Below, piece after piece: positions 7,442-16,467 of a stretch of 64,000 nucleotides of DNA. Source of the DNA: Candidatus Omnitrophota bacterium. Lineage in GTDB: Bacteria; Omnitrophota; Omnitrophia; Omnitrophales; Aquincolibacteriaceae. A model generated the notes under the pieces. The model made no database searches and was not told where the DNA came from. It was given only the letters and a program-made list of their open reading frames with translations. Each line of letters begins with the position of its first letter. Position 1 is the stretch's first letter. The position numbers and the translations under genes were made by a program. Location of the stretch: positions 2,593 to 66,592 of the forward strand of contig JBDRCT010000005.1 in NCBI GenBank assembly GCA_043821445.1, given 5' to 3'.

Positions 7442-9922
7442 ATGAAAAAACTTTTCACTCGACTCTCGTTTCTAGGCATGCTTTGCCTGCGGCAAGGCGC
7501 CGCATGGGCCAGTGAAGCGGATTTGAAGATCCCGGATCTTCATGAGGGGCACTTCAATCTGCTCGGCGGTCTTTCGGGCTTTCAGATCCTCCTCTATGGC
7601 GCGATAGTGATCCTCGGGACGGTCGGCCTGTCTCTCTACCAATTCATGAAGATCAAGGCGCTTCCGGCCCACAGATCGATGCTTGACATCGCGGAAACGA
7701 TCTTCCAAACCTGCAAGACCTATCTCAAGCAACAGGTCAAGTTCCTGGCGATCCTGTTCGCGATCATTGCGTGTGCGATGAGTTATTACTTCATGGGACT
7801 CCAGCATGAATCTGTGACGACTTTGGGCATGGTCCTCTTCTTCTCTATTGTCGGCATGGCAGGCTCGACGCTCGTGGCTTATTACGGGATCCGCGTCAAT
7901 ACCTACGCCAATGCCCGGACGGCTTTTGCCTCTCTGCGCGGCGTGCCGTGGGACGTTGTCAATATCCCCTTACGTGCGGGTATGTCCGTGGGTCTTTTCT
8001 TGATCTCCATTGAGCTGGTGATGATGGTGATCATCCTTCTTTTTATGCCGCGGCAGATCGTCGGCTACTGCTTCCTCGGTTTTGCCATCGGAGAATCGTT
8101 GGCAGCGAGCGCTCTTCGTATCGCGGGAGGCATTTTCACCAAGATCGCCGACATCGGTTCAGACCTCATGAAGATCGTTTTTAAGGTGAAAGAGGATGAC
8201 CCCCGCAACCCGGGCGTTATCGCCGATTGCGCGGGTGATAATGCCGGCGATTCGGTGGGTCCCACTGCCGACGGCTTTGAAACCTATGGCGTCACGGGTG
8301 TCGCGCTCATTTTCTTCATTACACTTGCCGTGAAAGATCCGACCCTCCAGGCTAAACTCATCGTCTGGATCTTCGCCATGCGTTTCCTGATGGACTTCAT
8401 GTCAGGCGTTTCGTACTTCATCAACAAGGCCATCTCGGAGCGCAAGTACAAGAATTTGAAAGAGTTCAATTTCGAGGAGCCGCTATCGCGTTTGATCATG
8501 ATCGCCACAGCACTTTGCATTACTACCTCTTACGGAATGTCGTACTTGCTTGTGGGCGACCTTCCGGACCCGACGCTGTGGTGGAAGCTTGCTTCGATCA
8601 TCGCCTGCGGAACTCTCGCGGCCTTCCTCATTCCTGAATTTACCAAGGCCTTCACTTCCTCCCACTCCAAGCATGTCAAAGAGATCGTAACAGCATCGCG
8701 CGAAGGCGGTGCATCACTAACGATCCTCTCGGGCCTTGTGGCAGGTAATTTTTCAGCATTCTGGAAAGGCATTCTGATAGCGGGCCTGATGTTTGCGGCC
8801 TTTATGATCTCAGGGATGGGGCTTCAGAACATTATGCCCCACGCCTCGATCTTTGCCTTCGGTCTCGTCGCCTATGGCTTTCTATGCATGGGCCCGGTGA
8901 ACATTGCGGTGGATTCCTACGGCCCGGTGACGGATAACGCGCAATCGATCTTCGAATTGGCCCAGACTGAGTCGATCCCCGGGATCGAAAAGGAGATCGA
9001 AAAGGATTTCGGTTTCAAACCTGACTTCAAAGTGGGTAAACACTACCTCGAAGCCAATGACTCGGCAGGCAACACCTTCAAGGCCACCGCAAAACCTGTG
9101 TTGATCGGGACCGCTGTCGCGGGTGCCACCACCATGATCTTCTCGATCATCCTGCTCTTGCAGGAGCATCTTCACTCTACGGCGGTTGCCGCCGCGGCGG
9201 GCGGGTTCGTGCCCGCGAACATCGGAGAGATCCTGCTGAACCAAAAACTTGCTCTCACAGCCGCGCCGATCTTACTCGGACTTATCTGCGGCGGAGCCGT
9301 GATCTACTGGTTCTGCGGCGCTTCGATCCAGGCCGTGACCACGGGAGCCTATTCGGCGGTGGAGTACATCAAGAAAAACATGGATCTCGACATGAAGGAA
9401 GCAAAGCGCGAGGATTCCATCAAGATCGTGCAGATCTGCACCGAGTACGCCCAAAAAGGAATGTGGAATATTTTCCTCGGGCTGCTCACGCTCACGCTCG
9501 CCTTTGCGCTGTTCGACCCCTATTTCTTTATCGCTTACCTCCTGGCCATCGCGGTCTTTGGACTTTTTCAAGCGATGTTCATGGCGAACGCCGGCGGTGC
9601 CTGGGACAATGCCAAGAAACTCGTCGAGGTCGACCTAGGAGAGAAGAACACGCCGCTTCATGCTGCCACCGTCATTGGCGACACGGTGGGAGATCCCTTC
9701 AAGGACACCACGTCGGTGTCCCTCAACCCGATCATCAAGTTCTCAACGCTCTTCGGTATGCTCGCCGTCGAGATCGCGATCAAGATGAACCCGGCAACGA
9801 CCCGCATCAGCGGAGCGGTCTTTTTCATTACAGGACTGTGCTTTGTGTGGAGGTCCTTTTACCGGATGCGGATCCCGAAGCTGGCGACCCCGCCGGCAGA
9901 GACAAAAGCCCTGATTGTTTAG
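7442..9922 (+). CDS. hppA: membrane-bound proton-translocating inorganic pyrophosphatase (V-PPase), predicted K+-independent
   Basis: The 826-aa protein carries the GVIADCAGDNAGDSVGPTADGFETYGVTG and GDTVGDPFKDTTSVSLNPIIKF signatures. GNTFKATAK has Lys at the A/K position that correlates with K+ independence. There is an extra N-terminal hydrophobic segment. Confidence 0.9.
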   Translation: MKKLFTRLSFLGMLCLRQGAAWASEADLKIPDLHEGHFNLLGGLSGFQILLYGAIVILGTVGLSLYQFMKIKALPAHRSMLDIAETIFQTCKTYLKQQVKFLAILFAIIACAMSYYFMGLQHESVTTLGMVLFFSIVGMAGSTLVAYYGIRVNTYANARTAFASLRGVPWDVVNIPLRAGMSVGLFLISIELVMMVIILLFMPRQIVGYCFLGFAIGESLAASALRIAGGIFTKIADIGSDLMKIVFKVKEDDPRNPGVIADCAGDNAGDSVGPTADGFETYGVTGVALIFFITLAVKDPTLQAKLIVWIFAMRFLMDFMSGVSYFINKAISERKYKNLKEFNFEEPLSRLIMIATALCITTSYGMSYLLVGDLPDPTLWWKLASIIACGTLAAFLIPEFTKAFTSSHSKHVKEIVTASREGGASLTILSGLVAGNFSAFWKGILIAGLMFAAFMISGMGLQNIMPHASIFAFGLVAYGFLCMGPVNIAVDSYGPVTDNAQSIFELAQTESIPGIEKEIEKDFGFKPDFKVGKHYLEANDSAGNTFKATAKPVLIGTAVAGATTMIFSIILLLQEHLHSTAVAAAAGGFVPANIGEILLNQKLALTAAPILLGLICGGAVIYWFCGASIQAVTTGAYSAVEYIKKNMDLDMKEAKREDSIKIVQICTEYAQKGMWNIFLGLLTLTLAFALFDPYFFIAYLLAIAVFGLFQAMFMANAGGAWDNAKKLVEVDLGEKNTPLHAATVIGDTVGDPFKDTTSVSLNPIIKFSTLFGMLAVEIAIKMNPATTRISGAVFFITGLCFVWRSFYRMRIPKLATPPAETKALIV

Positions 9923-9940
9923 AAGAAACCAATGAAAAAA

Positions 9941-9974
9941 CGCCCCGCCTCAATAACGGCGGGGCGTTTTTTTT
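9941..9974. terminator. bidirectional intrinsic terminator between hppA and terC
   Basis: A run of six A (AAAAAA) is followed by a CGCCCCGCC / GGCGGGGCG hairpin with an 8-nt loop and then an 8-nt T-run. The stem is perfect at 9 bp. Confidence 0.8.
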
Positions 9975-10032
9975 AGGAAATCTCACGCCCCTACGGAACG
10001 ACAAAGGGTTTCTCCCAAGGAGGGCGGGGAAC

Positions 10033-10965
10033 TTAACCGTTTGTAAACTCCTCTGATTTTAGAGGCCAAACGATAGACGCGATCACCGAAAGCACCAAGA
10101 TAAATAATATTGTTCCGAGCGTCCACGCGGTGGGGATATGATAAAAATGTGAAAGAAGCATTTTGAAACCGATCAGAACCAGAATAAGCGAAAGGCCGTA
10201 ATGTAAATGATGAAAAAGACGCATCAACCCCGCGAGGGCAAAATAAAGCGCCCGGAGCCCCAGTATCGCGAACACGTTTGAGGTATAAACAATAAACGGA
10301 TCCCGTGAGATCGAAAGAATCGCCGGGATCGAGTCCACGGCAAACACCACGTCCGTGGTTTCAATCACGATCAGAACCGCGATGAGGGGTGTTGCAAAAA
10401 GAAAGCCGTTCTTTCTTATAAAAAACCGCCCTTCTTCATCGTACAGTTCGGTAATCCGCATGATTTTTCTGAAACCCTTCAGGAAAATATTTTTTTCCGG
10501 ATCAACTTTTTGATCCTTTTGCGACACAAGCTTAACGCCGGTCCAGATAAGGATCACGCCGAAGACATAGATTATCCAATGAAAATGGCGGATCGCCTCG
10601 AGCCCGAGAGCGATAAAGATCCCGCGGGTCACAAGGGCCCCAAGAATTCCCCAGAAGAGGATCTTGTGCTGAAAGCGACCGGGTAAATGAAAATATTTGA
10701 AGACCAGAAGGAAAACAAAAAGATTGTCGACACTCAACGACTTTTCGAGGATATACCCCGCCAGAAACTGCATGGCAGGCTCTTTTCCCTTGAGCCAATA
10801 AATGCCGAGATTGAACAACGAGGCCACAGCGATCCATACCGCGCTCCAGATCAAAGCCTCCCGCATCTTGACCTCATGCGCCTTACGATGGAAAACCCCA
10901 AGGTCCAGGACAAGCAGAATCAAAACAATCCCGCCAAAAATCGACCAGGCCAATACTTCGGACAT
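10033..10965 (-). CDS. terC: TerC/Alx-family integral membrane protein
   Basis: The 310-aa protein has about 9 transmembrane helices and TerC motifs (LSVDNLFVFLLVF, ILGLRALYFALAGLMRLFHHLHYGLSLILV). Confidence 0.85.
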   Translation of the reverse strand: MSEVLAWSIFGGIVLILLVLDLGVFHRKAHEVKMREALIWSAVWIAVASLFNLGIYWLKGKEPAMQFLAGYILEKSLSVDNLFVFLLVFKYFHLPGRFQHKILFWGILGALVTRGIFIALGLEAIRHFHWIIYVFGVILIWTGVKLVSQKDQKVDPEKNIFLKGFRKIMRITELYDEEGRFFIRKNGFLFATPLIAVLIVIETTDVVFAVDSIPAILSISRDPFIVYTSNVFAILGLRALYFALAGLMRLFHHLHYGLSLILVLIGFKMLLSHFYHIPTAWTLGTILFILVLSVIASIVWPLKSEEFTNG

Positions 10966-11122
10966 GTTGTTTCTCTTTAAAACCGGTTAGATGAACTGTT
11001 CTTTAAACAAAAAAAAGGATCGGGGGCATTCTCTCCATATACCAAGAAGGCCGACCCACGAAGGGTCGGCCTTCTTGCGTATTCTATCTGAAATAAAAAC
11101 AATCTGCAACGCCGACGGGATT

Positions 11123-11215
11123 AGTCCCAATCCCCTTCAATTTCAACAAAGTTGAAATTGGGGCAATCCTTGTCATCCATTAAGGAACTAAAATTCAAGA
11201 CAAGGATAGTGCTCG
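11123..11215 (+). repeat. double-hairpin structured repeat, copy B
   Basis: Hairpin 1 is CCCAAT..CCAATTTCAAC-aaa-GTTGAAATTGGGG, with a perfect 11-bp inner stem. Hairpin 2 is ATCCTTGTC, a 23-nt A-rich loop, then GACAAGGAT, with AA/TT to TT/AA compensatory changes relative to copy A. Confidence 0.7.
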
Positions 11216-11342
11216 GTTCGGACCGCAGATTAGCCCGCCCGCTCCGTCAAGAAGCCGGGTTCACCTTTTCTTTTCTCCCGTTCCCCGAAACACCGGGTAT
11301 TAGGCGATCATGCCCCTGCCCCGGAAGGGCAGGCAGCAAGTC

Positions 11343-11567
11343 TTACATCGCTGCTTCTTCCTCAGCTTCGGCCTTGGCATCCTTCGCGGTCTCCGGAGCG
11401 TAGAGCTCATCCACTTCAACGGCATCGCCGACAATATCACCGGTCGCCGCATCTTCCGCCACAGCAACCGTTTCATCAATGACAACGGGTTCCTGTTCAG
11501 CGGCAAACGCAAAAGCCGGGCAAAGCATCGTCATCACCAAAAAACTTACCACTAGTTTGCTTTTCAT
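11343..11567 (-). CDS. small secreted acidic protein (signal peptide, Ala/Glu/Asp-rich)
   Basis: The 74-aa ORF begins with an MKSKLVVSFLVMTMLCPAFAFAA signal peptide. A CCCTGCC/GGGCAGG hairpin sits immediately after its stop. Confidence 0.4.
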   Translation of the reverse strand: MKSKLVVSFLVMTMLCPAFAFAAEQEPVVIDETVAVAEDAATGDIVGDAVEVDELYAPETAKDAKAEAEEEAAM

Positions 11568-12079
11568 ATCCTTCTATTCTCCTTTTTATGTTGCTTTTTT
11601 CGCGACGCAGCCCGGAAATTCTCTGGGTTTTGTGAGGCGGTACTGCCCTTGTCTTCTTTTCATTTCCTGAACGGTCGACAAGGACTGCCCTGATGACCCG
11701 TTTATTTTAAATAAATGAGAATCAGGACTGCACCATCGCTCGAACGATTTCCTTTAACTCTGAATGGGTATAAAAAAACGCCTTTGAGTCCCAAGCAATA
11801 CCCCGCGCTTGCAGGTCATCACTCAAAACTAAAGACGTCTTTGATCCATTTTCCACGTCATCCGAAGGGCTCGAATCCTTCCGATGCCACCCCTCTGAAC
11901 TTCGGGGCTCTTTCGGGCTGCACCTCACTATTGTTATCGACTTCTAAGGAGAAGTGTACGATGGAAAACACTTCATGTCAAACAAGTGAAGCTTTTTTTC
12001 AATCGGTCCCACAGAGAGATTCTGCTGAGACAAAAAGACGCAGTAACACATAACCTATTTATTCTAAACGGGTTATAGA

Positions 12080-13720
12080 CTAAATATTCCTTCGTTTGTC
12101 TGAAACCCAGAATTCCATTCTCCTGTTGAGCATGAGCCGTGTCTGGGCGTCCAAAGCAGGCATGGCGCTCAGAAAAACAAGGATAAAAGGGACCAGGAAC
12201 CACTCCAGGCCATGGATCAAAGTCCAAAAAAACGAGAACTTTTTCTTCTTCTCGGGAAGGAGGCGGAGGCTCATGACAATAGTCCCCAAAAGAGCGATCG
12301 TGGAGAGCCCAAAGATGGCTTGGGTAAACCGGCCCGCATTGTAGTAAAGGACGGTGTTCGAGAATTCATTGCCGGCAGAGATCGCAGGAAGCCATCCCAC
12401 AAAAGTCAGCAGGAACGGCAGGGCCGCCCAAGTCACTTGCCCCTCAAAAAGCTTGAAACCATGCTGCAGTTTGTCGTAAAAAGATATTTTTTTATTCGCC
12501 AGGAACCCGCGCATCACAAGCGGAAAATTCTCCACACCCCACGCCCATCGTCTTTTTTGCTTGTAGAGACTCCCCAGGGTCCCCCACCAGGAACCCGCAT
12601 CCACGATATCCATGGACAGAGTCATCGGCATCGGAACGACTTGATATTGCCCGTCGAAGTAAAGGTAGGATTTCCAAAAGATCCCGGAATCTTCCGAGAT
12701 CATGTCCGCGGACCAATACCCCACTTCCACGAGTGCTTTAAAACTCATGCTATGGCTCGAGAAAGTCACGAGTTTTTTCGGATCTGTGGTCTCGATCAGT
12801 TGGAAAAAAGAAGAACCCGTCTCGACAACACGCGCGAACCCTGGAACTTCCCAGATATTGTTGTGGAAAACAGGAACGGGTTGGAAACTCGCCCGGTGCC
12901 GGTCGGGGCAATTCATGAAACAATAGGTCAGACAGGCAAAGTAATCAGGACCCACCACCGTATCCGCATCAAAACAGGAAACGATCACATTCTCGAACGG
13001 GATCTTGTTCTTCTCAAAATATTTCGCCGCGGCCTTCGCCGCATGACTTGTGTTAGCGCCTTTCACGCGCGCTTCGCCGGGAAGGCCGTCCGGATGTTCC
13101 ACCACGAGGAACTCCATGAACCGGTCGCGGTGCTCCTCCGCGATCTTCGCCATCCCTTCTCTCACGGATTGCTGCGCCCTCGCTTCCACCGCAAGCGCAA
13201 TGATCGTCTTCCGGGCAAAAGCTTTATTCTGCGCTACGCTCAGGACGTTCGCCTCCACCACCGACGGAGATTCTTTGACTACGGGGATCACGACCAAATG
13301 GAAGATCTCCGACGATCGCGGCGGGATATTCCCCGATTCTTTCAAACGTTCCATATCTTTCCGATGCACCCAACGAGAGATCCGTTGATGCCAGTTTTTC
13401 CCGGAACACACCTTCCGGATTTCTGCGGGGTAAGCATCGAGTCGATCCATCCCACGAATACGCCCGAGCCAATCCGTATCCTTCTCGATCGAAAGCCTGG
13501 CATAAGAAAGAAAAAGAAAGATCGTCAGATAAAAAAGCCTCAGGACCCAGGCCAACATAAAAGCGATCACCGTGATCGCGGCGATCAAGGGCGCCCAGAT
13601 CGAAAGCGCTACCAGCCCCAGGATCAAGGTCCAGCTGGCCAGACCCGGAAGCGTTTCGAAGAAACGCTGGAGCAAGATTTCTTTTTTGTTCAAACCCTGT
13701 CGCGAATAACGGAATTTCAT
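12080..13720 (-). CDS. membrane-embedded processive family-2 glycosyltransferase (cellulose/chitin/hyaluronan-synthase-like)
   Basis: The 546-aa protein has two N-terminal and about four C-terminal transmembrane helices. It carries a DxD motif (SCFDADTVV) and the QxxRW motif (QKRRWAWG) typical of processive beta-glycan synthases. It overlaps the upstream PEGA gene by 4 nt. Confidence 0.7.
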   Translation of the reverse strand: MKFRYSRQGLNKKEILLQRFFETLPGLASWTLILGLVALSIWAPLIAAITVIAFMLAWVLRLFYLTIFLFLSYARLSIEKDTDWLGRIRGMDRLDAYPAEIRKVCSGKNWHQRISRWVHRKDMERLKESGNIPPRSSEIFHLVVIPVVKESPSVVEANVLSVAQNKAFARKTIIALAVEARAQQSVREGMAKIAEEHRDRFMEFLVVEHPDGLPGEARVKGANTSHAAKAAAKYFEKNKIPFENVIVSCFDADTVVGPDYFACLTYCFMNCPDRHRASFQPVPVFHNNIWEVPGFARVVETGSSFFQLIETTDPKKLVTFSSHSMSFKALVEVGYWSADMISEDSGIFWKSYLYFDGQYQVVPMPMTLSMDIVDAGSWWGTLGSLYKQKRRWAWGVENFPLVMRGFLANKKISFYDKLQHGFKLFEGQVTWAALPFLLTFVGWLPAISAGNEFSNTVLYYNAGRFTQAIFGLSTIALLGTIVMSLRLLPEKKKKFSFFWTLIHGLEWFLVPFILVFLSAMPALDAQTRLMLNRRMEFWVSDKRRNI

Positions 13721-15174
13721 TTCGCGGCTCCCTGGGATTCCTTTTCCAGCTCGTTGATCACACCGGAAAAAGTGATGCCTTCCGGAAGAATATCCGCCAC
13801 CACCAGCTCTCCCCGGGAGGATTCCAGATAATAAAGTTTCCCGGTCCTCTCAGAGTAAAAGATCCCGCTTCCCTCCCGCACCGTAACGATCCTCTCCGGA
13901 GGGATCCCGTACTCTCCCACACGGGAAAGAAACACTTTGTTCTGATCACAGAAGAGAATAGAGTCCGCATCATGAACAAAATAAGCCTGACGGATATCAT
14001 GACCGTTCTCAATGGCCCATTCGATCTCGGGCCCGCGCTCGAAAAACTCTTTTCTCCGCTCAGGTCTCTCAAAATCCAGCACGCCGACCCGCTCCTTCTG
14101 CCACAGCACGATCTTCCGACCATCCGTACCGGCCTGATACCCTCGCATTCCTTCCTCCACGAAATGATAAGGCAGCGCGTTCGAGAAAAGCTCTCCCAGC
14201 TCCCCGTAAAAAACGACCGCATTATTCGAAATAAAATCGATCCTGTATTTTCCAGCGCTTTTAAAAAGATTTTCGAGAAAAATGCCTTTCTCCACCAACA
14301 CCTCTTCCCCTTTCTTGGCGTTGAAACCCAAGCGAACGATCGAGGACCCGCGAAGAGCGTAAACTTTATTCTTGAAAAGCCCGAAACCCCGGATCTTTGA
14401 AAGAAAATCAGGGAGCACTATCATTTTCACGAGGTCCAATCGCGAAAGGTCCTGACCCTGCCATACAAAGAGATAGTCGGGATGGTCGCCCTCCCATAAG
14501 ATTTCGTAAGGTTCTCCTTTCACAAAAAGACCCGAGAGGTCCTTGACTTCCGGTCCTTCCTTATCGAGCTGACACCCCAGGAATTTCATACCCTCGGAAG
14601 TCTCCACTTGAAGGATGACGAAAGAGCTCTCCTTGACCCTGAAAATCTTGATGAGTTTCGCGACCGCGAAAGAAGATGTCCCCGGAAGAACGGAGCGGAG
14701 AATTTCATTTTTCCAATCAAATACCTTCAAATCTCCGGCATGCCCCGCGCCTTTGAGAAGCAGGTAACGCGTCCCAGGGACGGGCAACAGGTCTTCAAAA
14801 GGCTCGGCGACCAGGGTCCGGGCCTTGATGCTCTGCGGGACCAACAGGACTTTTTCAAGATTGACGGCCTTCCCCGGATCCACTTTGACCTTTCGCTCCC
14901 AGGGTCTGTAACCACGTAGAAAGATTTTCACATCGTAGGGACCGGGAAGAAGATTCCGGATCGTGGCGGGCGTCCTTTCGATATAACGTTTATTCCCGAT
15001 TGAGAGAAAAGCATTCGGAGGAAGTGTCTCGATGTGGATCAATCCTGTCTTGGCAAACCCCTCTTCGACTTTGGGCGTGAAAATATAGCCAAGCGCATAG
15101 AGGATAATCATCGGGCACAGAACAAGATAGAGCGCAAAAAAAAGATAAAAAAGGATCTTTCTAAAAATGATCAT
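13717..15174 (-). CDS. membrane-anchored PEGA-domain protein
   Basis: The 485-aa protein has one N-terminal transmembrane helix, then a PEGA-like beta-sandwich (LPPNAFLSIGNKRYIERTPATIRNLLPGPYDVKIFLRGYRPWERKVKV), then a large uncharacterised domain. It is translationally coupled to the GT2 synthase. Confidence 0.55.
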   Translation of the reverse strand: MIIFRKILFYLFFALYLVLCPMIILYALGYIFTPKVEEGFAKTGLIHIETLPPNAFLSIGNKRYIERTPATIRNLLPGPYDVKIFLRGYRPWERKVKVDPGKAVNLEKVLLVPQSIKARTLVAEPFEDLLPVPGTRYLLLKGAGHAGDLKVFDWKNEILRSVLPGTSSFAVAKLIKIFRVKESSFVILQVETSEGMKFLGCQLDKEGPEVKDLSGLFVKGEPYEILWEGDHPDYLFVWQGQDLSRLDLVKMIVLPDFLSKIRGFGLFKNKVYALRGSSIVRLGFNAKKGEEVLVEKGIFLENLFKSAGKYRIDFISNNAVVFYGELGELFSNALPYHFVEEGMRGYQAGTDGRKIVLWQKERVGVLDFERPERRKEFFERGPEIEWAIENGHDIRQAYFVHDADSILFCDQNKVFLSRVGEYGIPPERIVTVREGSGIFYSERTGKLYYLESSRGELVVADILPEGITFSGVINELEKESQGAAK

Positions 15175-15275
15175 GGCGCTTTATTATGCCATAATCTGCC
15201 CCCACCCTCCAAGCTTCCCAAATTCATTCTCTGAGAGAGGTAAAGGCGCTCGGAACCTTTGCCGATGTTTACGTT

Positions 15276-15908
15276 ATGATGAACTCTCTCGATTTTGCGA
15301 TCCTTTCGTTCACCTCCCTTTTTGTCATTGTGGATCCGGTAGGGATCATTCCCTCCTTTTTGGCCATGACCCAGAAAAACACGACTCCGGAACGGATCCG
15401 CATGGCCCAGTGGGCTTCTCTCATCACGTTCGGCATTCTGATCCTGAGCTTCTTCTTCGGCCAGCGGCTTCTCACGGTGTTTGGGATCACGCTCCCGGCT
15501 TTTGAGATCGCCGGAGGCATTGTCCTTCTCCTCGTAGCCCTCGATATGCTGCGGGCACGGCGCACGGCCATGAAGGAAACTCAGGAAGAAAAGGCCGAAG
15601 GCATCGACAAACATGATGTTGCCATCACCCCTTTGGGGATCCCGATGCTCGCCGGCCCGGGCGCCATCACCGCGGTCATTCTGCTGTCGAACAAAGCCGG
15701 AACATTCGGGAATCACGTGATCCTGGCAGGCACGATCTTCCTCGTCTCAGCGCTCACACTCCTGGTTCTCTCGACCGTTGCCGTCCGCTCCCAAATATTC
15801 AGCACGATCGCCCTCAAGATCATGGCGCGTCTCATGGGCCTGATCCTCGCCGCGATCGCAGTTCAGTTCATTTTGAACGGTATCCTGGCGGCCCGCCTTT
15901 TCAGCTGA
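15276..15908 (+). CDS. marC: MarC-family (UPF0056) integral membrane protein
   Basis: The 210-aa protein has six transmembrane helices and the typical MarC N-terminus (FAILSFTSLFVIVDPVGIIPSFLAM). Confidence 0.85.
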   Translation: MMNSLDFAILSFTSLFVIVDPVGIIPSFLAMTQKNTTPERIRMAQWASLITFGILILSFFFGQRLLTVFGITLPAFEIAGGIVLLLVALDMLRARRTAMKETQEEKAEGIDKHDVAITPLGIPMLAGPGAITAVILLSNKAGTFGNHVILAGTIFLVSALTLLVLSTVAVRSQIFSTIALKIMARLMGLILAAIAVQFILNGILAARLFS

Positions 15909-15971
15909 TTTAAGAAAATTTCGTTTGCCCCTTGCTTTTTTCTTTCTGTCCCTATATACTTCAATATGTTA

Positions 15972-15992
15972 ATAGTTAATAGTGTTAACTAT
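15972..15992. promoter_or_regulatory. putative MarR operator, a perfect 8-bp inverted repeat
   Basis: ATAGTTAA-tagtg-TTAACTAT lies about 25 nt upstream of the marR start. It is preceded by a direct TTAATAG TTAATAG repeat. Confidence 0.5.
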
Positions 15993-16014
15993 CTCACCGC
16001 CTCAGGAGACACGG

Positions 16015-16467
16015 ACCATGAACGAACGGGAAACGTTTGTAGCGAACTTCAGAGAACTTCACCCGAAGTTCTCCCGTATGTATGCCCAGATGCTGGACCG
16101 GGTCGATCTGACGTTGCCGCAATACACTCTTCTTTATCAACTTATGCTGCTCGGCTCCGTTTCCATGACCGAGATCAGCGGCCGCCTTGAGATCACAAAG
16201 CCTGCCGTCACGAACCTTGTGGACCGGCTCGAAGAGAAAAAATGTCTGAAACGCGTCCCCCACGTTGAAGACCGGCGTGTCATCTTGCTGGAGATCCTTC
16301 CGAAAGGGAAAAAGATCATCACGGAGATCCAGGGACAAAGTCTCGGTCTTCTTCTGAAAGCCTACGATCAATTCAGTGAAAAAGAGCACCAAGTCATTAG
16401 CCGCTTCTACCTAACAGTATCAAAAGTTATGGACGATTTTCTATTGAGGTCTAAAAATGAAAACTAA
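16015..16467 (+). CDS. marR: MarR-family transcriptional regulator
   Basis: Winged-helix motifs are present (LTLPQYTLLYQLMLLGSVSMTEISGRLEITKPAVTNLVDRLEEKKCLKR). I chose the ATG at 16015 because of the GGAG Shine-Dalgarno; the ORF-track start is 15982. The gene overlaps the downstream OMP gene by 11 nt. Confidence 0.8.
   Translation, partial: TMNERETFVANFRELHPKFSRMYAQMLDRVDLTLPQYTLLYQLMLLGSVSMTEISGRLEITKPAVTNLVDRLEEKKCLKRVPHVEDRRVILLEILPKGKKIITEIQGQSLGLLLKAYDQFSEKEHQVISRFYLTVSKVMDDFLLRSKNEN

Noticed and set aside
10966-11230. A yybP-ykoY (Mn2+) or PRE-type riboswitch upstream of terC.
   Set aside because: I cannot match the region to the conserved yybP-ykoY four-way-junction sequence from memory. 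Running cmscan would be needed to be sure.
11860-11890. A tRNA-like T-arm, GAAGGGCTCGAATCCTTC.
   Set aside because: There is no complementary acceptor stem about 65 nt upstream, no CCA context, and an 8-nt loop, so it is not a tRNA. No other tRNA-like segment could be verified by eye in this window.
12212-13831. A 539-aa plus-strand ORF.
   Set aside because: It is antisense to the QxxRW glycosyltransferase. It is extremely Arg/His/Pro-rich and has no domains, so it is a shadow ORF.
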